From Nitrosopumilaceae archaeon (lineage in GTDB: Archaea > Thermoproteota > Nitrososphaeria > Nitrososphaerales > Nitrosopumilaceae), in the NCBI GenBank assembly GCA_965203465.1, contig CBDBCR010000001.1, positions 96,001 through 160,000 on the forward strand: a stretch of DNA of 64,000 bases, given 5' to 3'. A program made the position numbers and the translations under genes. How positions within the stretch are numbered: position 1 is the first letter of the stretch; each line of letters opens with the position of its first letter. Shown here in pieces: positions 17,987 through 27,514 of this stretch. The notes below the pieces were generated by a model. The model did no database searches. It saw only the letters and a list, made by a program, of their open reading frames with translations, and had not been told where the DNA came from.

Positions 17987-19181
17987 GGTCGCGCAGCGCC
18001 TCGTCCTTTGAGAACGTCCGCTTTACCGTCTCTGGGCTGACGGTGAGCGTGTATTTTTTGGTGCGCCCGTGCGTGCCCTGGCTGGACAGCCTGCCGTCCA
18101 CTATGCCCAGCAGGTCCATGTCGCTGAGCATCTGGGTGGCCCTCCTCTGGGTGAGCTCTTTTTCCCCCGCCTTCCTGCACAGCGACCTGTACGCGGCGTA
18201 GATGCCGCCGGTCGGCGCGCCCGGCGCCCTCATCACTGCCACGACCAGCAGTTTTTCGTGGAGCGGGAAGGAGTTGATGGTCACCTCCTCCTTGTTCTCC
18301 TCCATCTTTTTTGCCGCCTCCCGCACGTGCTCCTCGGACACAGAGGCCGCCTGCCGCCGCTCGGCCATCTCTGCCGCCACCCGGAGCAGGTCGATGGCCC
18401 GGCGGGCGTCGCCGTTCTCCTTGCCGGCCATCGCCGAGCACAGGTTGACGGCCGCCCCGTCGACGACCCCCGGCTGGAACGCGGCCTTTACCCGCTCCCC
18501 GAGTATCTCCCTTATCTGGCCCACCGAATAGTCGGTGAAGACGATCTCCTCCTCGCCGAGGCTGCTGACCACCCTTGGATCCAGCCTCTCCTTGAACTTT
18601 AGATCGTTGGATATGCCCACCACCATCAGGGAGCCCGACGAGAGCCTCTCGTTGGCGCGGGTCAGCTGGTACATGACGTCGTTGTTGGACTTTGGTATGT
18701 TCTTCGCCAGGTGGTCTATCTCATCGATGACGACGATGACGTGTATGGAGCCACCCTCCACGGCCTTGAGCAGGCGCCCGAAGACCTCGCTTATCGACAG
18801 GCCGCTGGACGGCAGTTTGGAACTCGAAAGCCCCACCTCCCGGGCCACGGCCACCATGAGGTTGGAGAGGGTCGTCTCCATCTTCGAGTTGGTGTACGCC
18901 ACGCAGAGCCTGAACCTGTCGTTGACGCGGGCCTCCACCTTGGCAAGCACGCTCCGCACTGTCAGCGTCTTGCCGGTGCCGGGCTTGCCGTATATTATGA
19001 GGTTGGACGGCCTCGACTGCCTCAGGACGGGCAGCAGCGCCTGGGCCACCGCTTCCTGCTCCGCGTCCCGGTGCAGTATCACCTCCGGCATGTAGTCGAA
19101 CCTCAGCACGCCCCTGTCCCCTATGAGCGCCCTGCCGCCGTCGGCCGCGTCCAAAAGCCGCTCGACCGGGTCCCCACCCAC
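17979..19181 (-). CDS. cdc6: Orc1/Cdc6 replication initiator
   Basis: GKPGTGKT, IDEID, LDPRVVSS, GDARRAIDLLR, C-terminal wHTH; start uncertain (19181 or 19193). Confidence 0.96.
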   Translation of the reverse strand: MGGDPVERLLDAADGGRALIGDRGVLRFDYMPEVILHRDAEQEAVAQALLPVLRQSRPSNLIIYGKPGTGKTLTVRSVLAKVEARVNDRFRLCVAYTNSKMETTLSNLMVAVAREVGLSSSKLPSSGLSISEVFGRLLKAVEGGSIHVIVVIDEIDHLAKNIPKSNNDVMYQLTRANERLSSGSLMVVGISNDLKFKERLDPRVVSSLGEEEIVFTDYSVGQIREILGERVKAAFQPGVVDGAAVNLCSAMAGKENGDARRAIDLLRVAAEMAERRQAASVSEEHVREAAKKMEENKEEVTINSFPLHEKLLVVAVMRAPGAPTGGIYAAYRSLCRKAGEKELTQRRATQMLSDMDLLGIVDGRLSSQGTHGRTKKYTLTVSPETVKRTFSKDEALRDLM

Positions 19182-19545
19182 CTCCATTTCCACTCCAGAT
19201 ACCCAAACCAGTCTAAAAGGGCCGGATGATGATATGATTCTCTCTGAAAAAAATTTTTTGAAAAGGCTGGAGTGGAAACGGAAGGGGGTGTGTCGTTAAC
19301 TCAGTGTTAGGGTGGGGTTAAGAGCCGGCCGGGGAGGGCCGATTCCGACCCCTCCATTTCCACTCCAGTCACAAAACGCGGTCTTAACCCGGTTAAGAGG
19401 GGCAGGCAGACCCCTCCATTTCCACTCCAGGCACGAAATCGGCTCCCTGCCCGTTACCCAAGCGGGGCCTGTTAACTCACTTATAAGGCAGAACGACGCC
19501 TCTTAGGTCAACTTTAACACACTCGTTTGTTAACTTTTTTTTGCG
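19181..19545. other. Replication origin oriC: four ORB elements plus AT-rich unwinding tract
   Basis: CTGGAGTGGAAA(T/C)GGA(G/A)G at 19181-19198(-), 19267-19288(+), 19349-19368(-), 19411-19430(-); A/T tract at 19246-19264; directly upstream of cdc6. Confidence 0.9.
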
Positions 19546-19586
19546 CACGGGTTCAAAAGTGAGGAGGATAGGAGGCAGGCTTACCT

Positions 19587-19946
19587 ATGGGCAGGAAAAT
19601 ACGGATAGGGGTGGAGGACCAGGACGGCACAAAGACCGAGATCCGCATAGAGGGCAACATCACGCAGGAGAGGATACTGCGGGCTCTGGAGGCGGTGAAA
19701 CTGACCGACATAGAGCAGGAGGCCGGGCCCCCGTCGTCCGTCAAAGGCAAGGTGTTGAGGGTGGTAGACAAGTTCTACCCGGCCGGCCAGTTCAGGTCGT
19801 CGGACGTGCTCGAAAAGTACGAAGACGAGTACAACGAGCCCATAAAACACAGCGTGGTCGCCACGTACCTCGCCCGCCACACCAGCGAGAACCGCTTGGC
19901 TAGGACCAAGGCGGGCCGTGAGTGGTTATATACCAGGCAGGGCTGA
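19587..19946 (+). CDS. Origin-adjacent protein with C-terminal winged-HTH
   Basis: FRSSDVLEKYEDEYNEPIKHSVVATYLAR...GREWLY. Confidence 0.75.
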   Translation: MGRKIRIGVEDQDGTKTEIRIEGNITQERILRALEAVKLTDIEQEAGPPSSVKGKVLRVVDKFYPAGQFRSSDVLEKYEDEYNEPIKHSVVATYLARHTSENRLARTKAGREWLYTRQG

Positions 19947-20117
19947 CGACCAGCGTCCAAGCGCGCAGGCGCCAAGGCCGCGCCTGCCCCGTACGCGGCG
20001 CGGGTCGGATTGTGCGATAAAGCGGGCCGGCGCGCCAAAAACGGCGAATTTGTTTGAAAAATGCGCTAAAATAAACAAAACGGCGAGCAGGGGGCGGCCG
20101 CCGCGCACGGCTCCGGG

Positions 20118-20270
20118 CTAAGAAATCACGGCTTTTCTGACCAAAAGACCGTCCTCTACCATGGCCACTTTAACGTAGTCGCCCTTTTGCATGTCCATGT
20201 ATTTCCTGAACTGCTTGGGGATGGATATCGTCCCGGCAGCGGAGATCTTTACCAGCATGCCCTCTTGCAT
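20118..20270 (-). CDS. AbrB/MazE/SpoVT-family small DNA-binding protein
   Basis: VKISAAGTISIPKQFRKYMDMQKGDYV. Confidence 0.85.
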   Translation of the reverse strand: MQEGMLVKISAAGTISIPKQFRKYMDMQKGDYVKVAMVEDGLLVRKAVIS

Positions 20271-20546
20271 AATATTCGATTTCACTGAGATTATATATGT
20301 TATATGTTGTTTGGCAACTATTTTCATAAAGTAGAAAATAGAATATTATATTATATTATATTATTAATGAGATAATATGAAAGCGGTGCCCAGAAAAGGT
20401 GAAAAAATCACCGGACGGATCCGGCGGCGCCGGCGACAAAACTCGGCCCGGTTGGCCGGAAACGCCCCGCCAGACGGCCGCGGCCGCGGGCAGGATGAGA
20501 GCCGGGACGACGCGTCTTCTGGCCGCCGGCGGGCCTGCAAACGCGG

Positions 20547-21098
20547 CTACTTTGGGCGGGCCGCCCTCGCCTTTCCTTTCTCGGTCAACGAGTAGCGGAA
20601 CGGCCGCGCGTTGTCCTTTCTCTCGACGAGGCCGTCCTCGTACAGTTTTTTCATCAGGCGTGATATATGCTCCCTGCTCCTACCCAATGTGACCTGAATG
20701 TCACGTGACGTCATGGGCTTGTCCGTGATTAACTGCAATACACGGTCAATCACGCCGTCGGCGCTCATGTTCGGCAACCTCTGCGCCTGGGGGGGCGCGG
20801 GCGGCTCTTTCTCGGCCTCGATAGGGGGCACCTCGGCCTCTCCGGACGCCGTTTCCGGCCTCTCGGGGGCCCTGTCCGGCGCATCCGCGCTTACAGAGAG
20901 CGCGTCCAGTTGTATTTTCATCTCCACGAGCCGATCTTCGTAATATTTCAGGCGCCCGGCCTCTACCGGTTCGGGCCCCATCCTGCGCAGCCGGACGTAC
21001 GGCCTGAGCTTGTAGTAGGCGTACAGCCCTATCAAGCCCGCCAGGAACGCCAATATCATGCCCGCGATCTCGCCGGGTTCGGGGATCTCCACTATCAC
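20547..21098 (-). CDS. Membrane-anchored winged-HTH protein
   Basis: N-terminal TM segment; MTSRDIQVTLGRSREHISRLMKKLYEDGLV...YSLTEKG. Confidence 0.8.
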   Translation of the reverse strand: MIVEIPEPGEIAGMILAFLAGLIGLYAYYKLRPYVRLRRMGPEPVEAGRLKYYEDRLVEMKIQLDALSVSADAPDRAPERPETASGEAEVPPIEAEKEPPAPPQAQRLPNMSADGVIDRVLQLITDKPMTSRDIQVTLGRSREHISRLMKKLYEDGLVERKDNARPFRYSLTEKGKARAARPK

Positions 21099-21192
21099 GG
21101 CCAGTGACGCAATGTCCTATGATTTATCATGTTCGGACAAAAAGAATTGACAAACCCTGCATAGAAAATCACCCGGCGCCGCAAAACACAAA

Positions 21193-21555
21193 TCACATAC
21201 CGCACGCCTGTCTGACGACCTTTTCTATTATCGATGTGACTTCCGCCTCCCGTTCCGGGAACACGTCACTGTTTTTAATGACATCTACCTGTTCCGACAA
21301 CTTTGACATCACGTCCATATCGTCGGGCAGCAACACGCCTAGGCTCTGCAAAAGCACTATGGAATAGTAAAGGCCGGCCAGTTTGTTCCTAGACTGGGCC
21401 ACCTGCCTGTAGTACGCGCCTCTGCTGATGGGAAACTTGGACTCGGCCAAGCCCTTCTGATTCATAATAATTTCTATCTGACGCTTTGTAAAAAGCGATC
21501 TTTTGATGATATCATCGACAATCTTGTTAGATTTGTTCGGTTGACGTTCCGCCAT
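21193..21555 (-). CDS. Hypothetical protein with HTH-like segment
   Basis: SLFTKRQIEII...ISRGAYYRQVAQSR. Confidence 0.7.
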   Translation of the reverse strand: MAERQPNKSNKIVDDIIKRSLFTKRQIEIIMNQKGLAESKFPISRGAYYRQVAQSRNKLAGLYYSIVLLQSLGVLLPDDMDVMSKLSEQVDVIKNSDVFPEREAEVTSIIEKVVRQACGM

Positions 21556-21618
21556 AGCTATACAAATCGGTATGCGGCTCCCCAATTAAATTTTAAGGGA
21601 GGCCGCCGGGCGCGCCGC

Positions 21619-22359
21619 GTGGCCGGAAAGGTGGAGGACGGGCTCCTCTCTGAACGCAGGAAGGGCAGGACGCTCCTCTTCATGCTGGTCGATTCGGAGA
21701 ACCGGCCCCCGGAAGGCGGGCTGGGCGGACTCGCAGAGACGGCCAAGGCGGCCGGCGTCTCGGCCATACTGGTGGGCGGCTCGTCTGCCACCGACCAGGC
21801 GGCCCTTTCGGAGGCCGTCTCGGATCTCAAAAAACCGGGGCTGCCTGTGGTGCTGTTTCCGGGCAACATCACCGGCGTCGTGCCCGAAGCCGACGCCATA
21901 CTCTTCACGTCGCTGCTCAATTCGGAAAACCCCTACTATATCACGCAGGCCCAGGCGCTGGGCGCGCCTACCGTGCTGAAGCTGGGCCTCGAGCCGCTGC
22001 CGACCGGCTACATCATAATCGGCGAGGGCACCTCGGCCTGGTTCGTCGGCTCGGCCCGCGGCATACCGCGCGACAAGCCAAAGATCGCCGCCGCGTATTC
22101 GCTGGCCGCCCGCTTTCTGGGGATGCGCTTCGTGTACCTGGAGGCCGGCTCGGGGGCCCCCGCGCCCGTCACGCCCGAGACGGTCGCGGCCGTGCGCAAA
22201 GTATACGACGGGTTCCTGATAGTGGGCGGCGGCATACGCGACGCGCAGACGGCCGGCTCGCTCTCGGCCGCCGGCGCCGACGCGCTGGTGGTGGGCACGC
22301 TCGTCGAGGAGCGGGGCGCCGGGGGGCTGCAGGAGATAGCGCGCGCCCTGGGGGCCTGA
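21619..22359 (+). CDS. Geranylgeranylglyceryl phosphate synthase
   Basis: ILVGGSS, VLFPGN, SLLNSENPY, YLEAGSGA, IVGGGIR. Confidence 0.93.
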   Translation: MAGKVEDGLLSERRKGRTLLFMLVDSENRPPEGGLGGLAETAKAAGVSAILVGGSSATDQAALSEAVSDLKKPGLPVVLFPGNITGVVPEADAILFTSLLNSENPYYITQAQALGAPTVLKLGLEPLPTGYIIIGEGTSAWFVGSARGIPRDKPKIAAAYSLAARFLGMRFVYLEAGSGAPAPVTPETVAAVRKVYDGFLIVGGGIRDAQTAGSLSAAGADALVVGTLVEERGAGGLQEIARALGA

Positions 22360-22360
22360 C

Positions 22361-25300
22361 GTGTCCGTCGAGGCCTACCTCGACCGGTCCCCGACGCCGG
22401 AGGCCTACCGCAGGTATTTTCTGGAAATGTCCGAGGCGGTGGGCCGCGCGTTCGAGGCGGCCGCCGCCGCAAAGTCGACTCTTTCGGATGTCTCTGCCAA
22501 CGTCGAGCCCAAGATAGCCTACGATCTGGCCGACCGCGTCGCGCGCATGCACGACATCGACGTGGCCGGCCCCATCCGCACCATACTGGAGGAGCACTCG
22601 AAGGAGGAGGCCGCGCTGATCATGGCCACGCAGATAGCCGAGGGCAGGCACATGCCCCCCGAGACCGGGCTGGAAGAGAGGCTCGACGCGGCGGTCAGGG
22701 TGGGCCTGGCCATAGTGACCGAGGGCGTGACCATCGCGCCCCTGCAGGGCATCAGCGGCGTCAAGATCAGGGAGAACAAGGACGGGAGCCGGTACCTCTC
22801 GCTGTCCATAGCTGGGCCCATGCGGTCGGCCGGCGGCACCGAGTCGGCCGTGACCGTGCTGATAGCAGACCACGTCCGCAAGATAGCCGGCCTGGACAGG
22901 TACCGGGCCAACTCGCACGACGACGAGACGGGCAGGTTCGTCGAGGAGCTGCGCCTGTACGAGAGGCACGTGAAGGGCGGCAACTTCCAGTACCGGGTGG
23001 ACGACGAGGACGTCGTGTCCGTGATCTCCAACCTGCCGGTGGAGCTGGACGGCGTGGACACCGATCCGGTGGAGCTTGTCAACCACCGCAACATGGCGCG
23101 CATAAAGACCGACCGGGTCAGGGGCGGGGCGCTGCGGGTGCTCAACGACGGGCTCATCGGCAGGTCCAAAAAACTGCTGCGCCGCATCGAGATGTACCAC
23201 CTGGACGGCTGGGAGTGGCTCGCCGACCTGAAGGGGGCGGTGACCACCGGCGACGGCGAGGACGCGTCGGCAAAGAGGATGCGCGAGGTGATAGTGGGCC
23301 GCTCGGTGCTCTCCACGCCGGGCCGGCTCGGCGGCTTCCGGCTCCGGTACGGGCGCGCGTGCAACACCGGCTTCGCGTCCATCGGGTTCCACCCGGCCGT
23401 GGCCGAGCTGCTCGACCACACCATCGCGGCGGGCACGCAGGTAAAGATAGACATGCCCGGCAAGGGGGCCACCGTCGCGTTCGTAGATTCCATAGAGGGG
23501 CCGACCGTGCTTTTGCGCGGCGGCAGCGTCGTGCGCGTGCGCGACGCGGAGCACGCCCTTTCGGTAAAGCCCGAGCTCGAGCGCATACTGCACCTAGGCG
23601 ACGCGCTCGTCTCGTTCGGCGACTTTCTGGAGAACAACGCGCCGCTCGCGCCGACCGGGTACGTCGAAGAGTACTGGGCCGAGGAGGCGCGCGGCGCGCT
23701 GTCGGGCGCGGACGCGAAGTTTCTGCAGAAAGCGCCGAGCGCCGCCGAGGCGGCCGACCTGTCGCTGCGCCTGGGCGTGCCGCTGCACCCCAGATACCTG
23801 CACTACTGGGACCAGATAACCAACGACGAGCTGTCCGCGCTGCTGCACCCGGCCAGGAAGGAGGGGGGCGTGGCCTACCCGCTTTCGGCAAAGCCGGTGC
23901 TCGAAAAGATGGGCGTGGAGCACTCGGTCTCGGAGGGCGCGGCGCTGCTGGGCCCCGACGAGTCGGAGATCTTCGGGGCCCTGCTGTTCCGCAAAAAGGT
24001 GGAGATCGACCCCGACCTGCCTGCCATAGAGAACGCCTCGCGCGCCGGCATAGCGCTGCGCCCGAAATTTTCCACCGCCATTGGGGTGCGCATAGGCAGG
24101 CCGGAAAAGGCCGCCGCGCGCCACATGAAGCCGCCGGTCCACGTCCTCTTCCCGGTGGGCGACAAGGGGGGCGACATGCGCGACATCTGCAAGGCCGCAA
24201 AGGCGCCGCATTTTTTCGCCAACGTGGTCAACCGCGCCTGCCCGGCCTGCGGCCTGCCGTCGGCCGGCCTGCGCTGCCGCGAGTGCGGGCAGAGGACGCA
24301 GGTGCGCCGCTGGTGCTACAAGTGCAAGGATCTGCGCGATCAGGACCGCTGCCCGGCCTGCGGCGGGCGCACCACGCCGTACTCTTACCACGAGCTGCCC
24401 CTGCGCGAATCCCTGGCGCGCGCCGAGGCGGCCCTGGAGCGCAAGGCGCAGGAGCCGCTAAAGGGCGTGCGCGGCCTGCTCGGCCAGGACAAGGAGGCCG
24501 AGCCGCTCGAAAAGGGTATACTGCGGCAGGCGCACGGGATCACCGCTTTTCGGGACGGCACGGTAAGATACGACGCGACCAACTCGCCGCTGACCCACTT
24601 CCGCCCGTCGTGGATAGGCACCACGGCCGAGCGCCTCCGCGAGCTCGGCTACGAGGCCGACTCCGACGGCAGGCCGCTGTCAGACGACGGGCAGACCGTC
24701 GAGCTGCGCATGCAGGACGTGATACTGCCCGCAGAGTGCGGCCAGTTCCTGCTGCGCGCGGCAAAATACGTGGACGAGGAGCTCGTCCGCATATACGGCA
24801 GGGAGCCGTTCTACGGGATCGATTCGCCCGACGGCCTGGTGGGCCACCTGGTGGCCGGGCTTGCGCCGCACACCTCGGTGGGCGTCGTGGGCCGCGTGAT
24901 AGGGTTCACCGCCACGCAGGTCTGCTTCGCCTCGCCCATCTGGCACTCGGCCAAGAGGCGCGACGCGGACGGCGACGCCGACTCCGTGATGCTGCTCATG
25001 GACGCGCTGCTCAACTTTTCGCACAAGTTCCTCTCGGACCGGATAGGCGGGCTGATGGACGCCCCGCTGCTGGTGCAGCCGCTGGTCATGCCATACGAAT
25101 CGCAGCCGCAGGCGCACAACTTCGAGGTGGCCCGGTCGCTGCCCCTGCAGTTCTTCGAGGACACGCTGGCCGGCAAAAAGGCATCGGCCGTCGAGTGCGT
25201 GGATCTGGTCAAGAAGCGCATAGGCGGCCAGAGGCAGTTCGAGGGGTACGACTTTACCCACACCACATCGGGCCTGGTCACGTCGAGCCAGCGCAGCGCG

Positions 25301-25714
25301 TACGCCACGCTGGATTCCACGCTGGCCAAACTGGAGCTGCAGATACGCAACGCCGACCTGATAGACGCCGTGGACACCGACTCGATAGTCTCCAACATCA
25401 TACGCACGCACCTGGTGCGCGACATCATGGGGAACCTGCGCTCGTACGCAAAGCAGTCGTTCCGGTGCACCGCCTGCGGGAGGAAGTGGAGGCGCATGCC
25501 GCTGCAGAAGGCCTGCCCGTGCAACGGCCGCAACCGCCCCATACAGACGGTCACGCGCGCCTCGGTCGAAAAGTACATGGGCCACGCCAAGCGCCTGGTC
25601 TCAAAGTACGACGTGGGCAGGTACGACGCGGGGCGCATAGAGGCGCTCTCCGGCGAGGTGGAGATGGTCTTCGGGCGCAGCGTCAGCAGCCAGCAGCTTT
25701 TGGACGACTATTAG
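22361..25714 (+). CDS. polD2: DNA polymerase D large subunit DP2
   Basis: AGPMRSAGGT, GGFRLRYGR, GLAPHTS, AKRRDADGDAD catalytic motif, Zn fingers. Confidence 0.97.
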   Translation: MSVEAYLDRSPTPEAYRRYFLEMSEAVGRAFEAAAAAKSTLSDVSANVEPKIAYDLADRVARMHDIDVAGPIRTILEEHSKEEAALIMATQIAEGRHMPPETGLEERLDAAVRVGLAIVTEGVTIAPLQGISGVKIRENKDGSRYLSLSIAGPMRSAGGTESAVTVLIADHVRKIAGLDRYRANSHDDETGRFVEELRLYERHVKGGNFQYRVDDEDVVSVISNLPVELDGVDTDPVELVNHRNMARIKTDRVRGGALRVLNDGLIGRSKKLLRRIEMYHLDGWEWLADLKGAVTTGDGEDASAKRMREVIVGRSVLSTPGRLGGFRLRYGRACNTGFASIGFHPAVAELLDHTIAAGTQVKIDMPGKGATVAFVDSIEGPTVLLRGGSVVRVRDAEHALSVKPELERILHLGDALVSFGDFLENNAPLAPTGYVEEYWAEEARGALSGADAKFLQKAPSAAEAADLSLRLGVPLHPRYLHYWDQITNDELSALLHPARKEGGVAYPLSAKPVLEKMGVEHSVSEGAALLGPDESEIFGALLFRKKVEIDPDLPAIENASRAGIALRPKFSTAIGVRIGRPEKAAARHMKPPVHVLFPVGDKGGDMRDICKAAKAPHFFANVVNRACPACGLPSAGLRCRECGQRTQVRRWCYKCKDLRDQDRCPACGGRTTPYSYHELPLRESLARAEAALERKAQEPLKGVRGLLGQDKEAEPLEKGILRQAHGITAFRDGTVRYDATNSPLTHFRPSWIGTTAERLRELGYEADSDGRPLSDDGQTVELRMQDVILPAECGQFLLRAAKYVDEELVRIYGREPFYGIDSPDGLVGHLVAGLAPHTSVGVVGRVIGFTATQVCFASPIWHSAKRRDADGDADSVMLLMDALLNFSHKFLSDRIGGLMDAPLLVQPLVMPYESQPQAHNFEVARSLPLQFFEDTLAGKKASAVECVDLVKKRIGGQRQFEGYDFTHTTSGLVTSSQRSAYATLDSTLAKLELQIRNADLIDAVDTDSIVSNIIRTHLVRDIMGNLRSYAKQSFRCTACGRKWRRMPLQKACPCNGRNRPIQTVTRASVEKYMGHAKRLVSKYDVGRYDAGRIEALSGEVEMVFGRSVSSQQLLDDY

Positions 25715-27033
25715 CGCAGCTTTACGTACTCGTAGGCGCCCAGCTTTTTGTCGAAGCAAAAGCGCACCTTTTGGTACTTTTTGCGCAGCGCCTTTGCGCG
25801 CGCGCGGATCTTCTCGGGGTCGCGCCTCTCCACCACGGACTGCCGCATGAGGCCGGCGATCTGCGCCATCTGGTCCTTTTTCATCCCGAGGCGCGTGACC
25901 TCCGAGACGCCCAGCCGTATGCCGCCCGGCTTTGTGTAGTTGCGCCCCGCCTTGAGGTCGCCCGGGATGAGCTGGCGGTTGACTATGATGTTGCCCTTTT
26001 CGAGCGTCGCCTCGACGGCGCCCCCGTCGGCGTGCGCCGAGACGTCCACCGCCACCTGGTGGGATTCCGTAAAGCCGCGCGACTCGCCGAGCACCTTGAA
26101 CCCCTCGGCGCTCAGCGCCTCCGCCAGGGCGCGCGCGTTCTTTACCACCTGCTCGGCGTAGTCTTTGCCGAACTCGAGCGCCTCTGCGAACGCGACGGCC
26201 TTGGCGCCCATGTGGTGTATGTGGTGGCTGCTCGTCAGGCCCGGGAACGTGGCCTTTTTTATCGCCTCGGCGTGCTCTCCGCCGCCGAGCACCATGCCGC
26301 CCTGCGGCCCGAAGAGCGTCTTGTGCGTGCTCATCGTGACCGTCTGCGCGCCCTCTTTGAGGGGATCCTGGAACTTCCTGCCGGCTATCAGGCCCGAGAC
26401 GTGCGCTGCGTCGTAGTTTACGTGCATGCCGTATTCTTTCAGCGTGTCCGCGAGCTCCTCTACCGGGTGCGGGAACAAAAACAGCGACCCGCCGAACATG
26501 GCCATCTTGGGCCGCCTGCCCGCCGCGTCCAGATCGGCGGCCTTTTTCTTGGCCTTGTCGACGTCTATGGTCATGCGCTCGGGATCGAACGGGAAGAACT
26601 CGATGTCGAGCCCGTGGACCAGCCCCGCGGTCCCAGAGTGCTCCTTTTTGCCGTGCGATATGTGGCCGCCCGACGGTATGGAGGGGGCCAGCATCACGTC
26701 GCCCGGATCGGTGAACGCCGAATAGACGGCCAGGTTGGCCACGACGCCCGAGATGGGCCGCACGTCGGCAAAGTCGGCGCGGAAGAGCCTCTTTGCCAGC
26801 CGCATGCACTCGAACTCGACCTCGTCAATGTACGAGCAGCCCGCGTACACGCGCTCGCCCGGCCACCCTTCGGCGTACCTGTTCCCAAAGTCCGAGATGA
26901 GCGCCTCGCGCACGGCCGGGCTGGGCACGTTCTCGCTGGCTATGAGGGGCACGGCCTCGGAGAACCACTTGTTGTGCGACTTTAGCTTGTCGAAGATGCG
27001 GTCGTAGGAGGCGCGGTTGGCCGACTTTGCCAT
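25711..27033 (-). CDS. glyA: Serine hydroxymethyltransferase
   Basis: LIASEN, YAEGWPGERVYAG, GGHISH, STHKTLFGPQGG (PLP lysine). Confidence 0.96.
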   Translation of the reverse strand: MAKSANRASYDRIFDKLKSHNKWFSEAVPLIASENVPSPAVREALISDFGNRYAEGWPGERVYAGCSYIDEVEFECMRLAKRLFRADFADVRPISGVVANLAVYSAFTDPGDVMLAPSIPSGGHISHGKKEHSGTAGLVHGLDIEFFPFDPERMTIDVDKAKKKAADLDAAGRRPKMAMFGGSLFLFPHPVEELADTLKEYGMHVNYDAAHVSGLIAGRKFQDPLKEGAQTVTMSTHKTLFGPQGGMVLGGGEHAEAIKKATFPGLTSSHHIHHMGAKAVAFAEALEFGKDYAEQVVKNARALAEALSAEGFKVLGESRGFTESHQVAVDVSAHADGGAVEATLEKGNIIVNRQLIPGDLKAGRNYTKPGGIRLGVSEVTRLGMKKDQMAQIAGLMRQSVVERRDPEKIRARAKALRKKYQKVRFCFDKKLGAYEYVKLR

Positions 27034-27514
27034 GCCGGATCCGGCCCTCTGCCCACATTAAAACCACGGCATCGGGCCCCGGCCCGCCGCCTTTCCGGCG
27101 CGGAAAGCCCCGTTCCGCGGCCCGAGACTCGCGGACGGCGCCGCCTCCGGTTTACGTAACGCTGTCGAATCCTGTAGTGCCCGTAACCGTATTTGCTCTG
27201 GATCTACTCCGTTGACGGCGGCATCGCGGCTGTGGCCTTTCCACTGTCCAACTTGGCGTTCTGGCTGCCCGTCGCCCACTTGGCAGACGCGCCGTCGGCA
27301 AAGGCTCGCGGGCGGCGGGTCCGACTGCGCGCTGAAAGCCGAGCTTGGCGGCCGCCACGGCGGGCGCGCTTTCTTGCCCGCACAAGCAGAGCGTCCGTGC
27401 CGTATCTTGTTCGTGCGCCCGACTCTGGCATCGGGTGGCATGCCGCTTTTTGTACACCAGAACAGAGCCGAGAACCCATACGGTTATTTAGATACGGATC
27501 GGGGGCGGCCGGAC

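Noticed and set aside
19181-19430. Spaced ~20-bp repeats as a CRISPR array
   Set aside because: Mixed orientation, irregular spacing, ORB consensus, adjacent to cdc6; no cas genes seen
22361-25714. Intein in PolD DP2 or Cdc6
   Set aside because: Lengths are normal and no splice-junction or LAGLIDADG motifs were seen
23215-26985. Very long alternative-frame ORFs (e.g. 1256 aa here; also 13949-15898 and 12433-13992)
   Set aside because: Arg/Gly/Ala-rich shadow ORFs of high-GC DNA overlapping well-supported genes
27060-27500. Protein-coding gene between glyA and SNF2
   Set aside because: Candidate ORFs lack recognisable motifs and host codon pattern
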